Of a stretch of 64,000 bases of DNA, positions 30,412-41,391 are shown piece by piece (positions within the stretch are counted from its first letter, which is position 1; every line of letters starts with the position of its first letter). This DNA comes from an uncultured Alphaproteobacteria bacterium (GTDB taxonomy: Bacteria; Pseudomonadota; Alphaproteobacteria; MPNO01; UBA830), in assembly GCA_913046035.1 (NCBI GenBank), contig CAJWSW010000007.1, forward strand, positions 5,116-69,115, in the 5' to 3' direction. The notes under the pieces are model-generated. The model searched no databases, was not told the origin of the DNA, and saw nothing but the letters and a program-made list of their open reading frames with translations. Made by a program: the position numbers and the translations under genes.

Positions 30412-31239
30412 ATGGCACTACCTGAACTAAAAACCGTGGATATTGGCGGTACGCCAATTTCGATCCGGGACACCGCTCCAACTAACGATGATAACAAGCC
30501 AGTAATAGTACTACTACACGGGTTGGCAGGATCGTCCCAGACTTGGGCGTTCCAGTTCCGCACCCTATCTGAGTACTTTCGGATCATCGCATGGGATATG
30601 CCAGGTTACGGAGTGTCGGGAGGGTTCGTGAGGGAGAACCCAACAGTTGAACACTATGCCCATGCTTTATCCGCGATGCTCGATTCGATCGGTGCCTTTA
30701 GGTCTCATATTGTTGGTCAATCGGTAGCGGCCCTTATTGGAGCGGCGTATGCAGCTGAATATCCCGACCAAACACTGTCGTATACATTCTGCCAAGGATT
30801 AACAGGCCTTGCTGGCTTACCGGAGGATGAACGCAGTAATCAACGGAAACAACGCCTGGAAACTTTGCGTAAAATGGGCCCCGAGAGCTTTGCTGAGGAA
30901 AGGGGTCGCTCGTTACTTGGACCTCAAGTGATGCCAATGGTTGCAGAACTTGCTTTAACAATTATGAAACGCGCGCCACTGAAGGCAATGTGCCAGGCTG
31001 TAGAGATGATGGCTCAGACTGACTTTTATGAGATTGCGCCGCGCCTTGTTTGCCCCTCGTTGGTAATCGTCGGTTCTGAAGACCCAGCCTCGCCGCCAGA
31101 GATGGGATATAATGCCCGCAAAGCGTTGGGGGATGGACCACAGGAAACCATAGAGGGCGCTGGCCACTACGCATGCATGGAAAACCCCGCCGCATTCAAC
31201 GCGGCACTGAGAGATTTTGTAATATCGACAAATCTCTAA
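30412..31239 (+). CDS. Alpha/beta-fold hydrolase
   Basis: 275 aa with HGLAGS, GQSVAA nucleophile elbow and a C-terminal GAGHY. Confidence 0.8.
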   Translation: MALPELKTVDIGGTPISIRDTAPTNDDNKPVIVLLHGLAGSSQTWAFQFRTLSEYFRIIAWDMPGYGVSGGFVRENPTVEHYAHALSAMLDSIGAFRSHIVGQSVAALIGAAYAAEYPDQTLSYTFCQGLTGLAGLPEDERSNQRKQRLETLRKMGPESFAEERGRSLLGPQVMPMVAELALTIMKRAPLKAMCQAVEMMAQTDFYEIAPRLVCPSLVIVGSEDPASPPEMGYNARKALGDGPQETIEGAGHYACMENPAAFNAALRDFVISTNL

Positions 31240-31321
31240 GTATGCACTTATCCGATAGCGTCTACCCGTTCGCCCCACTATCGATACTCAAATCCGGCCG
31301 CCACGCAGATATGCAATATCT

Positions 31322-32932
31322 TTGATTATACGAGAAAACCCATACAATAACTTTATGCCAGTTCACTCCGTTCCATCTGCCCCTGACAAACGTAGATACC
31401 GGTCGATTGCCGCACTCCTTAAAAGCCATGCCGACAAACATGGTGAGAAACCATTTATCGTGTCGGTCGACGAGGGCGGACGAAACATCACGTTTAACGA
31501 GCTTTGGAGACTATCAAACCGGATGTCTCGCTTTCTTGCCGACCGAAATATCATACGCGGTGGGCGAGTTGCAGTGTTGTCGGACAACCGGCTGGAGCTG
31601 CCTGTTCTTTATTTCTCGCTACTGCGCTACGGGGCGGCATTTTGTACCATCAACGTCGAGGTAAATGGCGCAAACCTGCGAGAAATGCTGGCGCGCATTA
31701 ACCCAGAGCTAATTCTTTATCACCAAGATCTGGAGCTTGGTCTACCGCAAGATTCTAGCCTCAACCTTATTCCATTCGGGATGTGCGACACCGCCGGTGA
31801 TAACGCGTCTGACAGAGGTCTCTTCGAAACATTGAAAGGATACAGCGATGACGACGATGCACCCGATGCCGGTGCCGAACCGGACGACCTCTGCGTATTG
31901 AGTTTTACCTCAGGCACATCAGCTGCACCCAAAGGCGTAATGCACCGTTTCGGCAATTATTTCTGGATCGCGGATCAGACTATCGACATGTGGAAGCTGA
32001 CCGGAAAAGACAGAATACTAGAATTTCGCTCACTGAGCTGGGCATCCTCACACATGCTATGCCTAATGCCAGCGCTGCGCACGGGTGCAACAATTCTACT
32101 CGCCAATAGATTTTCCCGGTCACAGTTCTTCAACTGGTTGCGTAATTACACACCTACGATGGTGATCGGTGTGCCGGCCGTGATCAACATGCTTTTAGAG
32201 AGCGAACCAGACCCAAGAGACGTTGCAGCGACCAAAAAACTGCGCTTTATGTCTTCATCAACTGCACCTTTAATGGTTGAACAACACAAACAATTCGAAA
32301 GCACATACGGAGTTGAACTTGTTCAACTATACGGCATGAGCGAGGGTGGTATAGTTGCTAGTAACCATGTCGGAGAGCGACGCATCGGTACTGTGGGCCG
32401 TTCGGGGCTCTATCAGAACCTGCAGATAGTTGGACTGAACGGCAAGCGTCTCAACACAGGGGAAATCGGCGAGATAGAAATTGGGGGCGCACAGCCAGCC
32501 AGCGGATATCTTCTCGCTGACGGAACAATCGAAAAGATCGAACGCCTAAAAACCGGCGACCTCGGGTATCTAGACGACGACGGATTTCTAGTAATAACCG
32601 GCCGCGCCAAGGACATCATCATTCGGGGTGGCGTAAACATCGCACCGCTCGAAATTGATCAATGCTTATGCGCCCATCCAGATATTCGCGAGGCAGCAAC
32701 CATTGGCGTACCGGATAAGGTATACGGCGAAAAGCCGGTAAGCTTTGCATCACTAAGGCCTAAAGCCAAAGCATCTGAGGCAGATATATTGGCCCATTGC
32801 GCCAATTTGCTCGCTAATTTCAAGATGCCCTCGGAATTAATACTTATAGACGATGTACCTAAGAACAACCGCGGTAAGGTTGACCGAAAGTCGTTGGCAG
32901 AATTGTGGGAAAAAAATTATTCCAATGATTGA
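31322..32932 (+). CDS. AMP-dependent synthetase/ligase (acyl-CoA synthetase, class I adenylate-forming)
   Basis: TSGTSAAPKGV P-loop-like AMP-binding motif, YGMSEGG, a GDLGYLDDDGF hinge and a C-terminal K. Start is either TTG at 31322 or ATG at 31355. Confidence 0.8.
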   Translation: MIIRENPYNNFMPVHSVPSAPDKRRYRSIAALLKSHADKHGEKPFIVSVDEGGRNITFNELWRLSNRMSRFLADRNIIRGGRVAVLSDNRLELPVLYFSLLRYGAAFCTINVEVNGANLREMLARINPELILYHQDLELGLPQDSSLNLIPFGMCDTAGDNASDRGLFETLKGYSDDDDAPDAGAEPDDLCVLSFTSGTSAAPKGVMHRFGNYFWIADQTIDMWKLTGKDRILEFRSLSWASSHMLCLMPALRTGATILLANRFSRSQFFNWLRNYTPTMVIGVPAVINMLLESEPDPRDVAATKKLRFMSSSTAPLMVEQHKQFESTYGVELVQLYGMSEGGIVASNHVGERRIGTVGRSGLYQNLQIVGLNGKRLNTGEIGEIEIGGAQPASGYLLADGTIEKIERLKTGDLGYLDDDGFLVITGRAKDIIIRGGVNIAPLEIDQCLCAHPDIREAATIGVPDKVYGEKPVSFASLRPKAKASEADILAHCANLLANFKMPSELILIDDVPKNNRGKVDRKSLAELWEKNYSND

Positions 32933-33360
32933 ATCAAAACACTAATTCTGGACATCGATATATAGGTCGGTCAAATCGAAATCCCGATAACTATTTATGG
33001 CCCTGTTTTGACCACTGTTATATACGGGTTAATTAAACCAGGCATCGGTGAAGCACTTTTAAAGCAGATCGAAAACATCAAGATCATAGAAACCCAGGCA
33101 CGTGGGACTCAAAACACAGAAAATCTCGTTAATCAGAAGCCTAACAACGCATCAGAAATACGTGTGGATTAATGCGGTCTCCGCTTTGTGTAATATTTTT
33201 GGGTGCAGCTATTTCCAAAACGGTAGAAGCGATTATTGCTTCCCAAAGATATACACGCAACGATGTTGGATCTATTAACAGTTCAGCTAAAACCCCTTTC
33301 GATGCCGAAACTCACAGTCACGCCAATTTGAACTCCTGCCAGTCGTCGCGGCTAAATCGG

Positions 33361-35001
33361 TCAGACACTAGCAGCAGGCAAAGGAGACCGGCCGCGGATC
33401 AAATCTGATACTTTTTCTGCTATCATTATCACGGGTGCATTTGTAGCGCCGCCTATCAAATCTGGCATCACCGAAGCATCCACTACGCGCAATCCGTCGA
33501 CACCACGCACTCTTAATTCCGCATCAACTACAGCGAATGGGTCGTCTGTTACTCCCATTTTGCAGGTCCCTACAGGATGATGCACTGTCCCCATGGTTGC
33601 ACGGATATGTGTATCGATTTCTGCATCTGATGTCTTATCCGCTCCAGGAAGAATTTCATCGCCGCCAAATTCTTTTATCTGTGGCGATGCGACTAATTCT
33701 CGCGCCATTCGTAAACCGCGGCGCATCGTTTCCCATTCCTCTGGTGTTTCAAAAAAATTTTGATGAATCTGGATCGGATCTCTGGGGTCAGCAGACGTTA
33801 AAGCGACGTACCCACGGCTGGTTGGGCGCATTGGCATGATCCTTACGGAAAACGAATCGGAAAATGCTTTTTTAAAAGGCGGCAGCCAGGGAGATGCCGT
33901 CGTGGTCGCACCCATCCAGAACAGCATCTGTATATCAGGGACCGTGAGATTTGGGGATGTTTTGAGGAAGGCGGTAATACCGAATGGAAGATCTGCGGCA
34001 AAGCCACCCTTACCAAAATAGGCGCGGATTAGCGACGGCACTACCCGGTCAAATCGCATATTACGTTGAAATGGCCCGCCGTCATTGCGACGAAAAATAA
34101 AGGCGGAAGACGTGTGGTCGGCAAGATTTTGTCCAACTCCGGGCAAAGGAGCAACTACATTGATCCCATGCTCCCTCAAATGCTCAGGATCACCGATCCC
34201 AGAGAGCATTAGCAAATGCGGTGAATTTATGGAACCACCTGAAAGTATCACTTCTCGTGCAACGCGCGCTGAGAGAGAACGACCACCACGTCTATAGTTA
34301 ATGCCCGTTACTCGACGGCCTTCGAAATTAATTCGGCGAACCAGGGCTCTGGTTTGAACAGTCAGGTTAGGGCGCTTCAGCGCCGAGCGGAGATAAGCAG
34401 CGGCGGCGCTCCACCGTCGGCCATTTTTTAATGTCGCCTGCATACGAGCAAAACCATCTGGGTTTTCCCCGTTGTAGTCTTCCGTGAACGGATATTGCGC
34501 ATCGCTCGCAGCTTCTAGAAAAGCCTCACACAATGGATCCTCAAATGTCGTCTTTCGGACTGTAAGCGGCCCACCTGCGCCACGCCAATTATCAGCGCCA
34601 CCCTCCCAATCTTCAGAACGACGGAAGTAGGGCAACACCTCAGCATAAGACCACCCGGATAGCCCGGACATAGCCCAACGATCATAGTCTGTTGGATGTC
34701 CATGATAATATGCCATCGCATTGATCGACGATGATCCACCAATCACTTTGCCACGTGCGCATTCAATGCGTCGGTTGTCCATAGTCGATGATGGTTCGGA
34801 AAAATACATCCAGTCGTGTAGGCGTTTTTGAAGGATACGCCCCCATCCAAGAGGGATGTGTATCCACGGATCCCGGTCCCAACCACCGGCCTCAAGGAGT
34901 AAAACGTGTACATTTGGGTCTTCGGTTAGACGCCCTGCCAAGGTGCATCCCGCCGACCCGGCTCCTACGATAATGTAGTCATAGAAACCCTGTGCGCTCA
35001 T
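33361..35001 (-). CDS. GMC-family FAD oxidoreductase (choline/alcohol dehydrogenase-like)
   Basis: N-terminal DYIIVGAGSAGCTLAGRL Rossmann motif and GMC signature blocks. Confidence 0.85.
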   Translation of the reverse strand: MSAQGFYDYIIVGAGSAGCTLAGRLTEDPNVHVLLLEAGGWDRDPWIHIPLGWGRILQKRLHDWMYFSEPSSTMDNRRIECARGKVIGGSSSINAMAYYHGHPTDYDRWAMSGLSGWSYAEVLPYFRRSEDWEGGADNWRGAGGPLTVRKTTFEDPLCEAFLEAASDAQYPFTEDYNGENPDGFARMQATLKNGRRWSAAAAYLRSALKRPNLTVQTRALVRRINFEGRRVTGINYRRGGRSLSARVAREVILSGGSINSPHLLMLSGIGDPEHLREHGINVVAPLPGVGQNLADHTSSAFIFRRNDGGPFQRNMRFDRVVPSLIRAYFGKGGFAADLPFGITAFLKTSPNLTVPDIQMLFWMGATTTASPWLPPFKKAFSDSFSVRIMPMRPTSRGYVALTSADPRDPIQIHQNFFETPEEWETMRRGLRMARELVASPQIKEFGGDEILPGADKTSDAEIDTHIRATMGTVHHPVGTCKMGVTDDPFAVVDAELRVRGVDGLRVVDASVMPDLIGGATNAPVIMIAEKVSDLIRGRSPLPAASV

Positions 35002-35359
35002 CTTTTTACCCAGGCCATGTACCAGATATACCAATTATTGCAGGAGATCGCCGGAACGACCCACTCAGATAAGCTAACTTGATCATGGTCGCCTCTCGTG
35101 GGTTTTAAGCAAAGGCTATCTAGCCACGTAATTATCGAAACGGACACTGCAGCAAAATTCCAACGAACAGCCCTCTTACAATAACGCGACAGATAAAAGC
35201 CTCGGAGCCATTTCAGTAAACTAGGACGCAGTGCTGGCTGACAGGACACGATTGGAGAGCCCTACCCGGATCCATCCTGATCCTGATTCTCCATACCCTC
35301 GCTTCGAGGAAGCCTTTGGATGAAACAGAACCACTGCGAAGCGTTTTCTTGGCTAAGCC

Positions 35360-36844
35360 CTACTCCGCCGCTATCCTATGATCGCCGATCACATCTTCAA
35401 GGCTGTAGCTGTCAAGGATTGAGTCAACTAGCTTTGCTGAACGATCCCAGTCATAGGTGCGTAGTGCATGATTGCGTGTAACGAATTGAGCACCCGCATA
35501 AAACATCTCGTATTGTGTGTGACGGCTGGCAAATTCCGAACCGATCGCATCCCAAGCCAGCTTCATAAACTTAACCTTTTCCTCGGAAGAGCCGAGTGCA
35601 GATTTTTGAGTGGCATTTATATACTTGTTCAACTCGGGGTTAGCGAAATCTTCAGCGGAGGACGGCAACATGATAAGTCCACCGCCTGCCAGTTCACGCA
35701 TTGAGGTAACAAATTCTGGATAAAGCTGTTGCGTAAGTACCTGCGCAGTATACATCAAGTTGCGGTCAGGCACATAATAACCGTTGTACATGCTGCCACC
35801 GGACTCCATGCCGTACACAAGACCCTCCACCATCGCCGCTTGGGCAGCTAGATGACCCAGTTTTTCGGCGACAGCTGGCATGCCGCTTGTACCAATAGTT
35901 TCGGTGATACGGCGAGCAATTCCTACTTGGAACTGCATCTTCACCATAAGGCGCGTCATAGCCTGATAGTTTTGCATATAGTGAGCGTATGTATCCTGGA
36001 ACTGGGCACGAGCAGTATCTGTGTCTTTGTAGATAAATACACGGTCCCACGGCACTTTCACGTCATCGCAATAGACGAGCGCGTCATTCTCGTCGAACTG
36101 AGATGACAACGGGTAGTCATAAGTACTAGACGCTGACTCTTCGTAGGACCGGCGCGACATTATCTTCAACCCCTTAGTATTCATAGGGATGGCGAAGGAA
36201 ATCGCATATTTTTCCTCGCCTGGCTTAAGGGGCTGAATGTTCGCAAACAGAACCTCATTCGCCATAATCGACCCGGTACCAAGCATTTTTGCGCCACGGA
36301 CCGTGATGCCCTCTGCATCCTCATCGACCACGGCGGTTGCATAACACTCACCATCTTGCTCACCGGTCGATTTCGTGCGATCCGATTGTGGATTTATAAT
36401 GACGTAAGTCATGTAGTGATCAGCATCGCGAGCGTATTGGAAGTAATCTTTAAGCGCAGCAGCCCGTTCTTTCGAATGATTTTCGAAAACAGGCATACCC
36501 ATAACCTGTCCAACCATCGACGAGGCGATGTGATCGGGCGACCTTCCCAACCAGCCGCCGGAGAGACGCGACCAACCCTCTATTGCCCGTCGCCGCGCCA
36601 CCAATTCTTCATAAGACTTGGTTAACTGCCAGCAGCGATTTACGCGCTCACCTGACGTTGGACTCTCGAAGGTCATCCATTCAATGTTCTCAGGGTCCGC
36701 CTGAAAATCATATAGCCGCGCCGCCGCGGCAACGGCGTTTTTGTAAGCAGGATGGGTAGTGACATCATCGACTTTCTTGCCGTCCAGAAATACCTCTCGA
36801 CCATCACGGAGAGATTCAAGGTGCTGAGCGCCTGTCTTAGCCAT
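35360..36844 (-). CDS. HpaB-family flavin-dependent aromatic hydroxylase oxygenase component (4-hydroxyphenylacetate 3-monooxygenase-like)
   Basis: About 494 aa from MAKTGAQHLESLRDGREV..., a typical HpaB/4-HBD superfamily N-terminus. No reductase partner in the window. Confidence 0.7.
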   Translation of the reverse strand: MAKTGAQHLESLRDGREVFLDGKKVDDVTTHPAYKNAVAAAARLYDFQADPENIEWMTFESPTSGERVNRCWQLTKSYEELVARRRAIEGWSRLSGGWLGRSPDHIASSMVGQVMGMPVFENHSKERAAALKDYFQYARDADHYMTYVIINPQSDRTKSTGEQDGECYATAVVDEDAEGITVRGAKMLGTGSIMANEVLFANIQPLKPGEEKYAISFAIPMNTKGLKIMSRRSYEESASSTYDYPLSSQFDENDALVYCDDVKVPWDRVFIYKDTDTARAQFQDTYAHYMQNYQAMTRLMVKMQFQVGIARRITETIGTSGMPAVAEKLGHLAAQAAMVEGLVYGMESGGSMYNGYYVPDRNLMYTAQVLTQQLYPEFVTSMRELAGGGLIMLPSSAEDFANPELNKYINATQKSALGSSEEKVKFMKLAWDAIGSEFASRHTQYEMFYAGAQFVTRNHALRTYDWDRSAKLVDSILDSYSLEDVIGDHRIAAE

Positions 36845-36946
36845 TATCGCGGACTCCCTATGGAAAATAATATACAAAGTATACTATTTTAGTTTACAAT
36901 TACGAGTCAATAAATGATCGGTTAAGGATTGTGAATTCTTGGATGC

Positions 36947-37549
36947 ATGTCGAAAGAAATTGAAGTTTCCGAAACCACTAATCAGAAAGAGCTAGGCAAG
37001 AAAACGTCGACGAGCGATGAGCCGGCAGCTACGCCGCTTACAGTATCACGGAACGAGCTTCTAGCCGACGGCACCGATCAGATGTTTCGGCAGTTGGTTC
37101 ACGATATATTTGCGTTCAACGCAAGGCACGCGGCAATCCGCGACGGCCATGCTCGTCGGATAGGTCTTGCCGGTATTGAATACACAATCTTGATTTCAGT
37201 GGCGCGACTCAGCCGTGAAGGCGATGTCAACGTTAAGGCACTGGCGGACCATTTACACGTCAGCACCGGCTTTATTACTAACGTGACGCGCAAGCTGCAG
37301 CAGATCGGTCTGATCGAAAAAGCAACTGATGATACAGACCGCAGGCGAACAGTTTTGACCGTCACGGACAGAGGCCGTGAAGGGCTCGCAAAGTTAGCGC
37401 CATATCAACGAAAAGTTAACGACGTAGAATTTGGCTCATTGAGCGCGCAGGATTTCCAGCAGCTTAGTCGTATCATTGCTAGCTTAGTGGGCAGCAGTGA
37501 ACAAGCAGTGAGCCTTCAAAGGCATCTTGAAAACACGGAGAGATCCTAA
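36947..37549 (+). CDS. MarR-family transcriptional regulator with N-terminal extension
   Basis: Winged-HTH core (...LADHLHVSTGFITNVTRKLQQIGLIEKATDDTDRRR...). Divergent from the HpaB-like gene. Confidence 0.8.
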   Translation: MSKEIEVSETTNQKELGKKTSTSDEPAATPLTVSRNELLADGTDQMFRQLVHDIFAFNARHAAIRDGHARRIGLAGIEYTILISVARLSREGDVNVKALADHLHVSTGFITNVTRKLQQIGLIEKATDDTDRRRTVLTVTDRGREGLAKLAPYQRKVNDVEFGSLSAQDFQQLSRIIASLVGSSEQAVSLQRHLENTERS

Positions 37550-37742
37550 TCAGCAGAAAAATGGCGAAACGTGTATGTTGTGTCCTTATTTCAGTATAGT
37601 TGTAATTTCTGGACAAAATAAATTTTTCTCCCACATCCTAGTAACCAACGCCTTAAGCACTCAACGAGGTCCTAGACAACCGGATCACGCGCATCCGGCG
37701 CTGTAGTAATCCAATCGCGCGTTTCACATTTAACTCGGTATC

Positions 37743-38666
37743 TTGAAAATGCTTTTCAAAAGTGGCCTTGCCGCACTATCAAAGTCACCTTCTGTGTTGA
37801 CAGGACTGGTCATCGCCGTCGTCGCAATGTTTCTTTTCTCCCTTACACACACGTCTGTGCGCCTGATGTCGGACACTATGACTGCATTCCAGATTGTATT
37901 TTGGCGTATGCTCTTGAGCATGGCGATGCTAATGCCTTGGTACGCATGGCAGGGTTTTGGCCTCCTGAAAACCCGTCGACCAGGCATGCATGCTCTGCGG
38001 GCCGCCGTAAATTGCGGGGGCATGCTACTCTGGTTCTTCGCGATTGCGGTTGTGCCGCTCGGTAAAGCGGTGGCTATCCATTTTGTGTTGCCAATATTTG
38101 TGATGGTGCTCGCCGTCATTGTCCTGCGAGAGCGAGTAGGCATCCGACGAATGTCGGCAGCGCTGGTCGGCTTTGGCGGGGTCCTCCTTGTACTGCGCCC
38201 GAACGAATTTGGCATTGGCTGGCCAGAGATAATGATCCTAGGGTCAGCACTTTGTTACGCCACAACAGTTATTTTTCTCAAATACATGGTAAAAAGTGAA
38301 ACACCACTCGCCCTCACCTTTTACACAAATTTCTTTATTTTATTGTTCACTATCCCGCCAACAATATGGTTTTGGGTACCGCCCTCGGTAGACGATATTT
38401 TTCCTATACTAGCTATCGGCGTAACCGGGACTTTCGCACCACTGTTGTACACGACCGCTTTGCGTATTGCGGATGCAAGCATCATTGCCGCGACTGATTT
38501 TCTTCGTCTGCCAATTACAGCAGGTCTAGCATTTGCTCTATTTGGCGAGGTGCCAGATATTTGGGTTTGGATCGGAGGCGGCATCATTTTCTTAAGCACT
38601 TGGTACATTGCTGTTCGAGAAAGTCGGCTAGAAAAATCCCGCAAAGATCAGATAAAGGCCCGTTGA
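37743..38666 (+). CDS. DMT-superfamily (EamA-like) transporter, paralog 1
   Basis: 307 aa, 10 TMS, duplicated EamA domain. Confidence 0.8.
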   Translation: MKMLFKSGLAALSKSPSVLTGLVIAVVAMFLFSLTHTSVRLMSDTMTAFQIVFWRMLLSMAMLMPWYAWQGFGLLKTRRPGMHALRAAVNCGGMLLWFFAIAVVPLGKAVAIHFVLPIFVMVLAVIVLRERVGIRRMSAALVGFGGVLLVLRPNEFGIGWPEIMILGSALCYATTVIFLKYMVKSETPLALTFYTNFFILLFTIPPTIWFWVPPSVDDIFPILAIGVTGTFAPLLYTTALRIADASIIAATDFLRLPITAGLAFALFGEVPDIWVWIGGGIIFLSTWYIAVRESRLEKSRKDQIKAR

Positions 38667-39577
38667 TGCACACTCTAATACGTTGGTTTGCGGCAAGGCC
38701 GGCCAACGTCCGCGGCCTCATTTGGTGCTTACTCGCGGCGATCACGTTCATGTCAATGGTAATGATTGTGCGCCGACTTTCGACAGAGTTTAACGCGGGT
38801 GAACTAGCCTTCTGGAGAGCATTATTTGGGCTGCTCTTGCTTGCGCCGGTCTTGATGCGAACGGGCGCTAAAATTTTTCGCACTAAAAAGATCAGCCTAC
38901 ACGTTTTGCGCAACCTAATGCACTTCGTTGCGATCGCTGCATGGTATTACGCCATCTCGGGCATCAACCTTTCTGTGGGCATGTCTTTGCAGTTTTCTGT
39001 CCCAATAATCACCATAATACTGGCTATTGTATTTTTGGGTGAACGTGTAAGTGCGGCGCGATGGGCAGCAACGGCCGCGGGGTTTGCAGGTGTGCTGATC
39101 ATCCTGCGGCCGGGGATCGAGCCCGTCACAATCTTTGCGATTGCCGCGATGGTTGCCGCAGTGGGATATGCCGGCGCGAATATTGCCACCAAGATGCTAA
39201 GCCCGGACTCAAACAGCGATACTATCGTGTTCTACATGAACGCGATCCATCTACCGCTGGCATTAGCTACGGCAATGTTAATGGGTGGATTTTCAATTCC
39301 GTCATTAGGACAGTTGCCATGGTTAGTGGGCGTCGCCGCGAGTGCAACGCTAGCACATTGGCTGCTAGCTCAAGCACTGGCGCAAGGAGACGCCAGTGTG
39401 GTTATTATCGGAGAATTCTCGAAACTGCCATTGGTCACGATAGGAGCATTTTTATTTTTTGGTGAAGCCCCAGTGGTTTGGGCCTGGCTGGGCGGGGCTA
39501 TTGTCTTCGCGACGACCTTGTATATCGTTCGCCTTGAGACCCGAGCTGCGAAAACAACAGTTATGACGCCCGACTAA
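38666..39577 (+). CDS. DMT-superfamily (EamA-like) transporter, paralog 2
   Basis: ATG at 38666 sharing one nucleotide with the upstream stop. The ORF-track N-terminal extension is rejected. Confidence 0.75.
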   Translation: MHTLIRWFAARPANVRGLIWCLLAAITFMSMVMIVRRLSTEFNAGELAFWRALFGLLLLAPVLMRTGAKIFRTKKISLHVLRNLMHFVAIAAWYYAISGINLSVGMSLQFSVPIITIILAIVFLGERVSAARWAATAAGFAGVLIILRPGIEPVTIFAIAAMVAAVGYAGANIATKMLSPDSNSDTIVFYMNAIHLPLALATAMLMGGFSIPSLGQLPWLVGVAASATLAHWLLAQALAQGDASVVIIGEFSKLPLVTIGAFLFFGEAPVVWAWLGGAIVFATTLYIVRLETRAAKTTVMTPD

Positions 39578-39600
39578 TCCTGGATCAGAATACAACCTTT

Positions 39601-40497
39601 ATGGCAAAACTCGGCACACAAACAGATCAAACGCCACAAAACGCTATCCTTGCTGCTGTCTGGGTGCTGGGGACTGTTGCATCTTTCGTTCTAATGATGG
39701 TTGCAGTGCGTGAGCTTTCCACCCACATGTCTAGCTTCGAGCTGCTTTCATTCCGATCAATTATTGGTATTCCAATTATGTGTTTGGTAGCCTGGCGGTT
39801 GGGTTTCAATAGGATAAAAACCCAACGAGCCAGAATGCAAATTGGGCGGAATGTAGTTCATTTTGGCGGCCAATGGTGCTGGGTCATTGGCATAACGCTG
39901 CTGCCAATGGCCCATGTGACTGCACTCGAATTTACCATGCCGATGTGGACAGCAATTATCGCTATTTTATTCCTGGGTGAAAAAGCTAAATCACACCGGA
40001 TTATTGCCATCATTGTAGGCCTAGTAGGGGTTATGGCTATTCTGCGCCCGGGCTTTGAAATAATCACCGAAGGCGCGCTTGTAGTCCTTCTAGGTGCTCT
40101 CCTCTTCGGCGCATCTAATGTAATGATGAAATCCCTCACAGCAGATGATCAGCCCTGGGTGATTGTGTTTTGGATGCAAATCATTCAATTACCACTCGCG
40201 CTTCTGCCGGCGGTTTTTTACTTTGAATGGGTGTGGCCTACATTGGCAGACACACCGTGGCTTCTCGCGATCGGGCTAACTGGTATGTCAGCACACTTCT
40301 GTCTTGCTCGAGCCTTCCAGCTCGCAGATGCCACCTTCTGCATGCCAGTTGATTTTGTACGCCTACCTCTCACCGCCCTAATAGGATGGCTCGTTTACTC
40401 GGAGGGTGTCAGCGTCTGGGTACTGGTCGGCGCATTCCTAATATTTGGCAGTAATTATTATGCTGTCTGGCGCGAAACGGGGCAAGCAGACCGGTAA
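39601..40497 (+). CDS. DMT-superfamily (EamA-like) transporter, paralog 3
   Basis: 298 aa EamA-like membrane protein. Confidence 0.8.
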   Translation: MAKLGTQTDQTPQNAILAAVWVLGTVASFVLMMVAVRELSTHMSSFELLSFRSIIGIPIMCLVAWRLGFNRIKTQRARMQIGRNVVHFGGQWCWVIGITLLPMAHVTALEFTMPMWTAIIAILFLGEKAKSHRIIAIIVGLVGVMAILRPGFEIITEGALVVLLGALLFGASNVMMKSLTADDQPWVIVFWMQIIQLPLALLPAVFYFEWVWPTLADTPWLLAIGLTGMSAHFCLARAFQLADATFCMPVDFVRLPLTALIGWLVYSEGVSVWVLVGAFLIFGSNYYAVWRETGQADR

Positions 40498-41369
40498 TGC
40501 CCCCTTTATTGCAGGCAGTTTTATGGTTTGGTGGAACCATGACCGGCTTTGCCGGCATGGCGATAGCCGCACGCAGCCTTCACGCCGAAATGTCGACATT
40601 TGAGATTTTATTTTTTCGCAGTCTAATTGGAGTGCTCGTTGTTCTACCTTTCATTGTCCGCGCTGGTTTTGTTGATATCAAGGTGCAGAAATTCCACTGG
40701 CATCTGGGGCGGGCGATCGTACAGTTCGGAGCGCAAATTTGCTGGATGTACGGGATTGTGCATTTAACCCTATCCGACCTTACGGCAATAGAATTCTCTG
40801 TTCCAATTTTCACAGCTTTACTTGCCGTACTATTCCTCGGAGAGCGCATGTGGCGGCATAAATGGATCGCCACAATTTTAGGGTTCGCAGGAGTTCTTAT
40901 TATTCTGAGGCCAGAAGGATCCGCATTTAACCTCGCGGGACTAGTAATGATTTTAGGTTCTTTCCTTTATGCCGGCTCCGGAGTGTTGGTAAAATTCCTG
41001 ACACGCACGGAGTCGCCACAGGGCATTATATTCTGGATGAACCTTCTGCAGCTCCCAGCCGGTTTGCTGCCAGCTATACTTATCTACGACTGGGTAACAC
41101 CGAGCCTTACAGATATCCCTTGGATCCTAGTTTGGGGCCTATCTGGTTTGTGGGCCCATTACACTATGGCGCGCGCACTTGCTTTAGCCGACATCACTAT
41201 CGTTTTTCCTTTAGATTTTTTGCGTCTGCCAGCGATGGCTGTTATCGGCTATCTATTATATGCTGAAGCGCTGGATCCTTGGACCGCTGTTGGCGCGCTA
41301 GTCATTTTTGCCGGCAACTGGTATAGCGTCCGCGAAGAATCCCGTCGCGGATCTTCTCTCAGACATTAA
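40497..41369 (+). CDS. DMT-superfamily (EamA-like) transporter, paralog 4
   Basis: 290 aa. TAATG overlap with paralog 3. Confidence 0.8.
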   Translation: MPPLLQAVLWFGGTMTGFAGMAIAARSLHAEMSTFEILFFRSLIGVLVVLPFIVRAGFVDIKVQKFHWHLGRAIVQFGAQICWMYGIVHLTLSDLTAIEFSVPIFTALLAVLFLGERMWRHKWIATILGFAGVLIILRPEGSAFNLAGLVMILGSFLYAGSGVLVKFLTRTESPQGIIFWMNLLQLPAGLLPAILIYDWVTPSLTDIPWILVWGLSGLWAHYTMARALALADITIVFPLDFLRLPAMAVIGYLLYAEALDPWTAVGALVIFAGNWYSVREESRRGSSLRH

Positions 41370-41391
41370 ATCCTCTTGAACTAGACAGTAA

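Noticed and set aside
33172-33408. 78 aa + strand ORF in the 428 bp convergent intergenic region
   Set aside because: It overlaps the 3' end of the GMC oxidoreductase gene. It has Ser/Arg-rich low-complexity composition and no RBS, so it is likely spurious.
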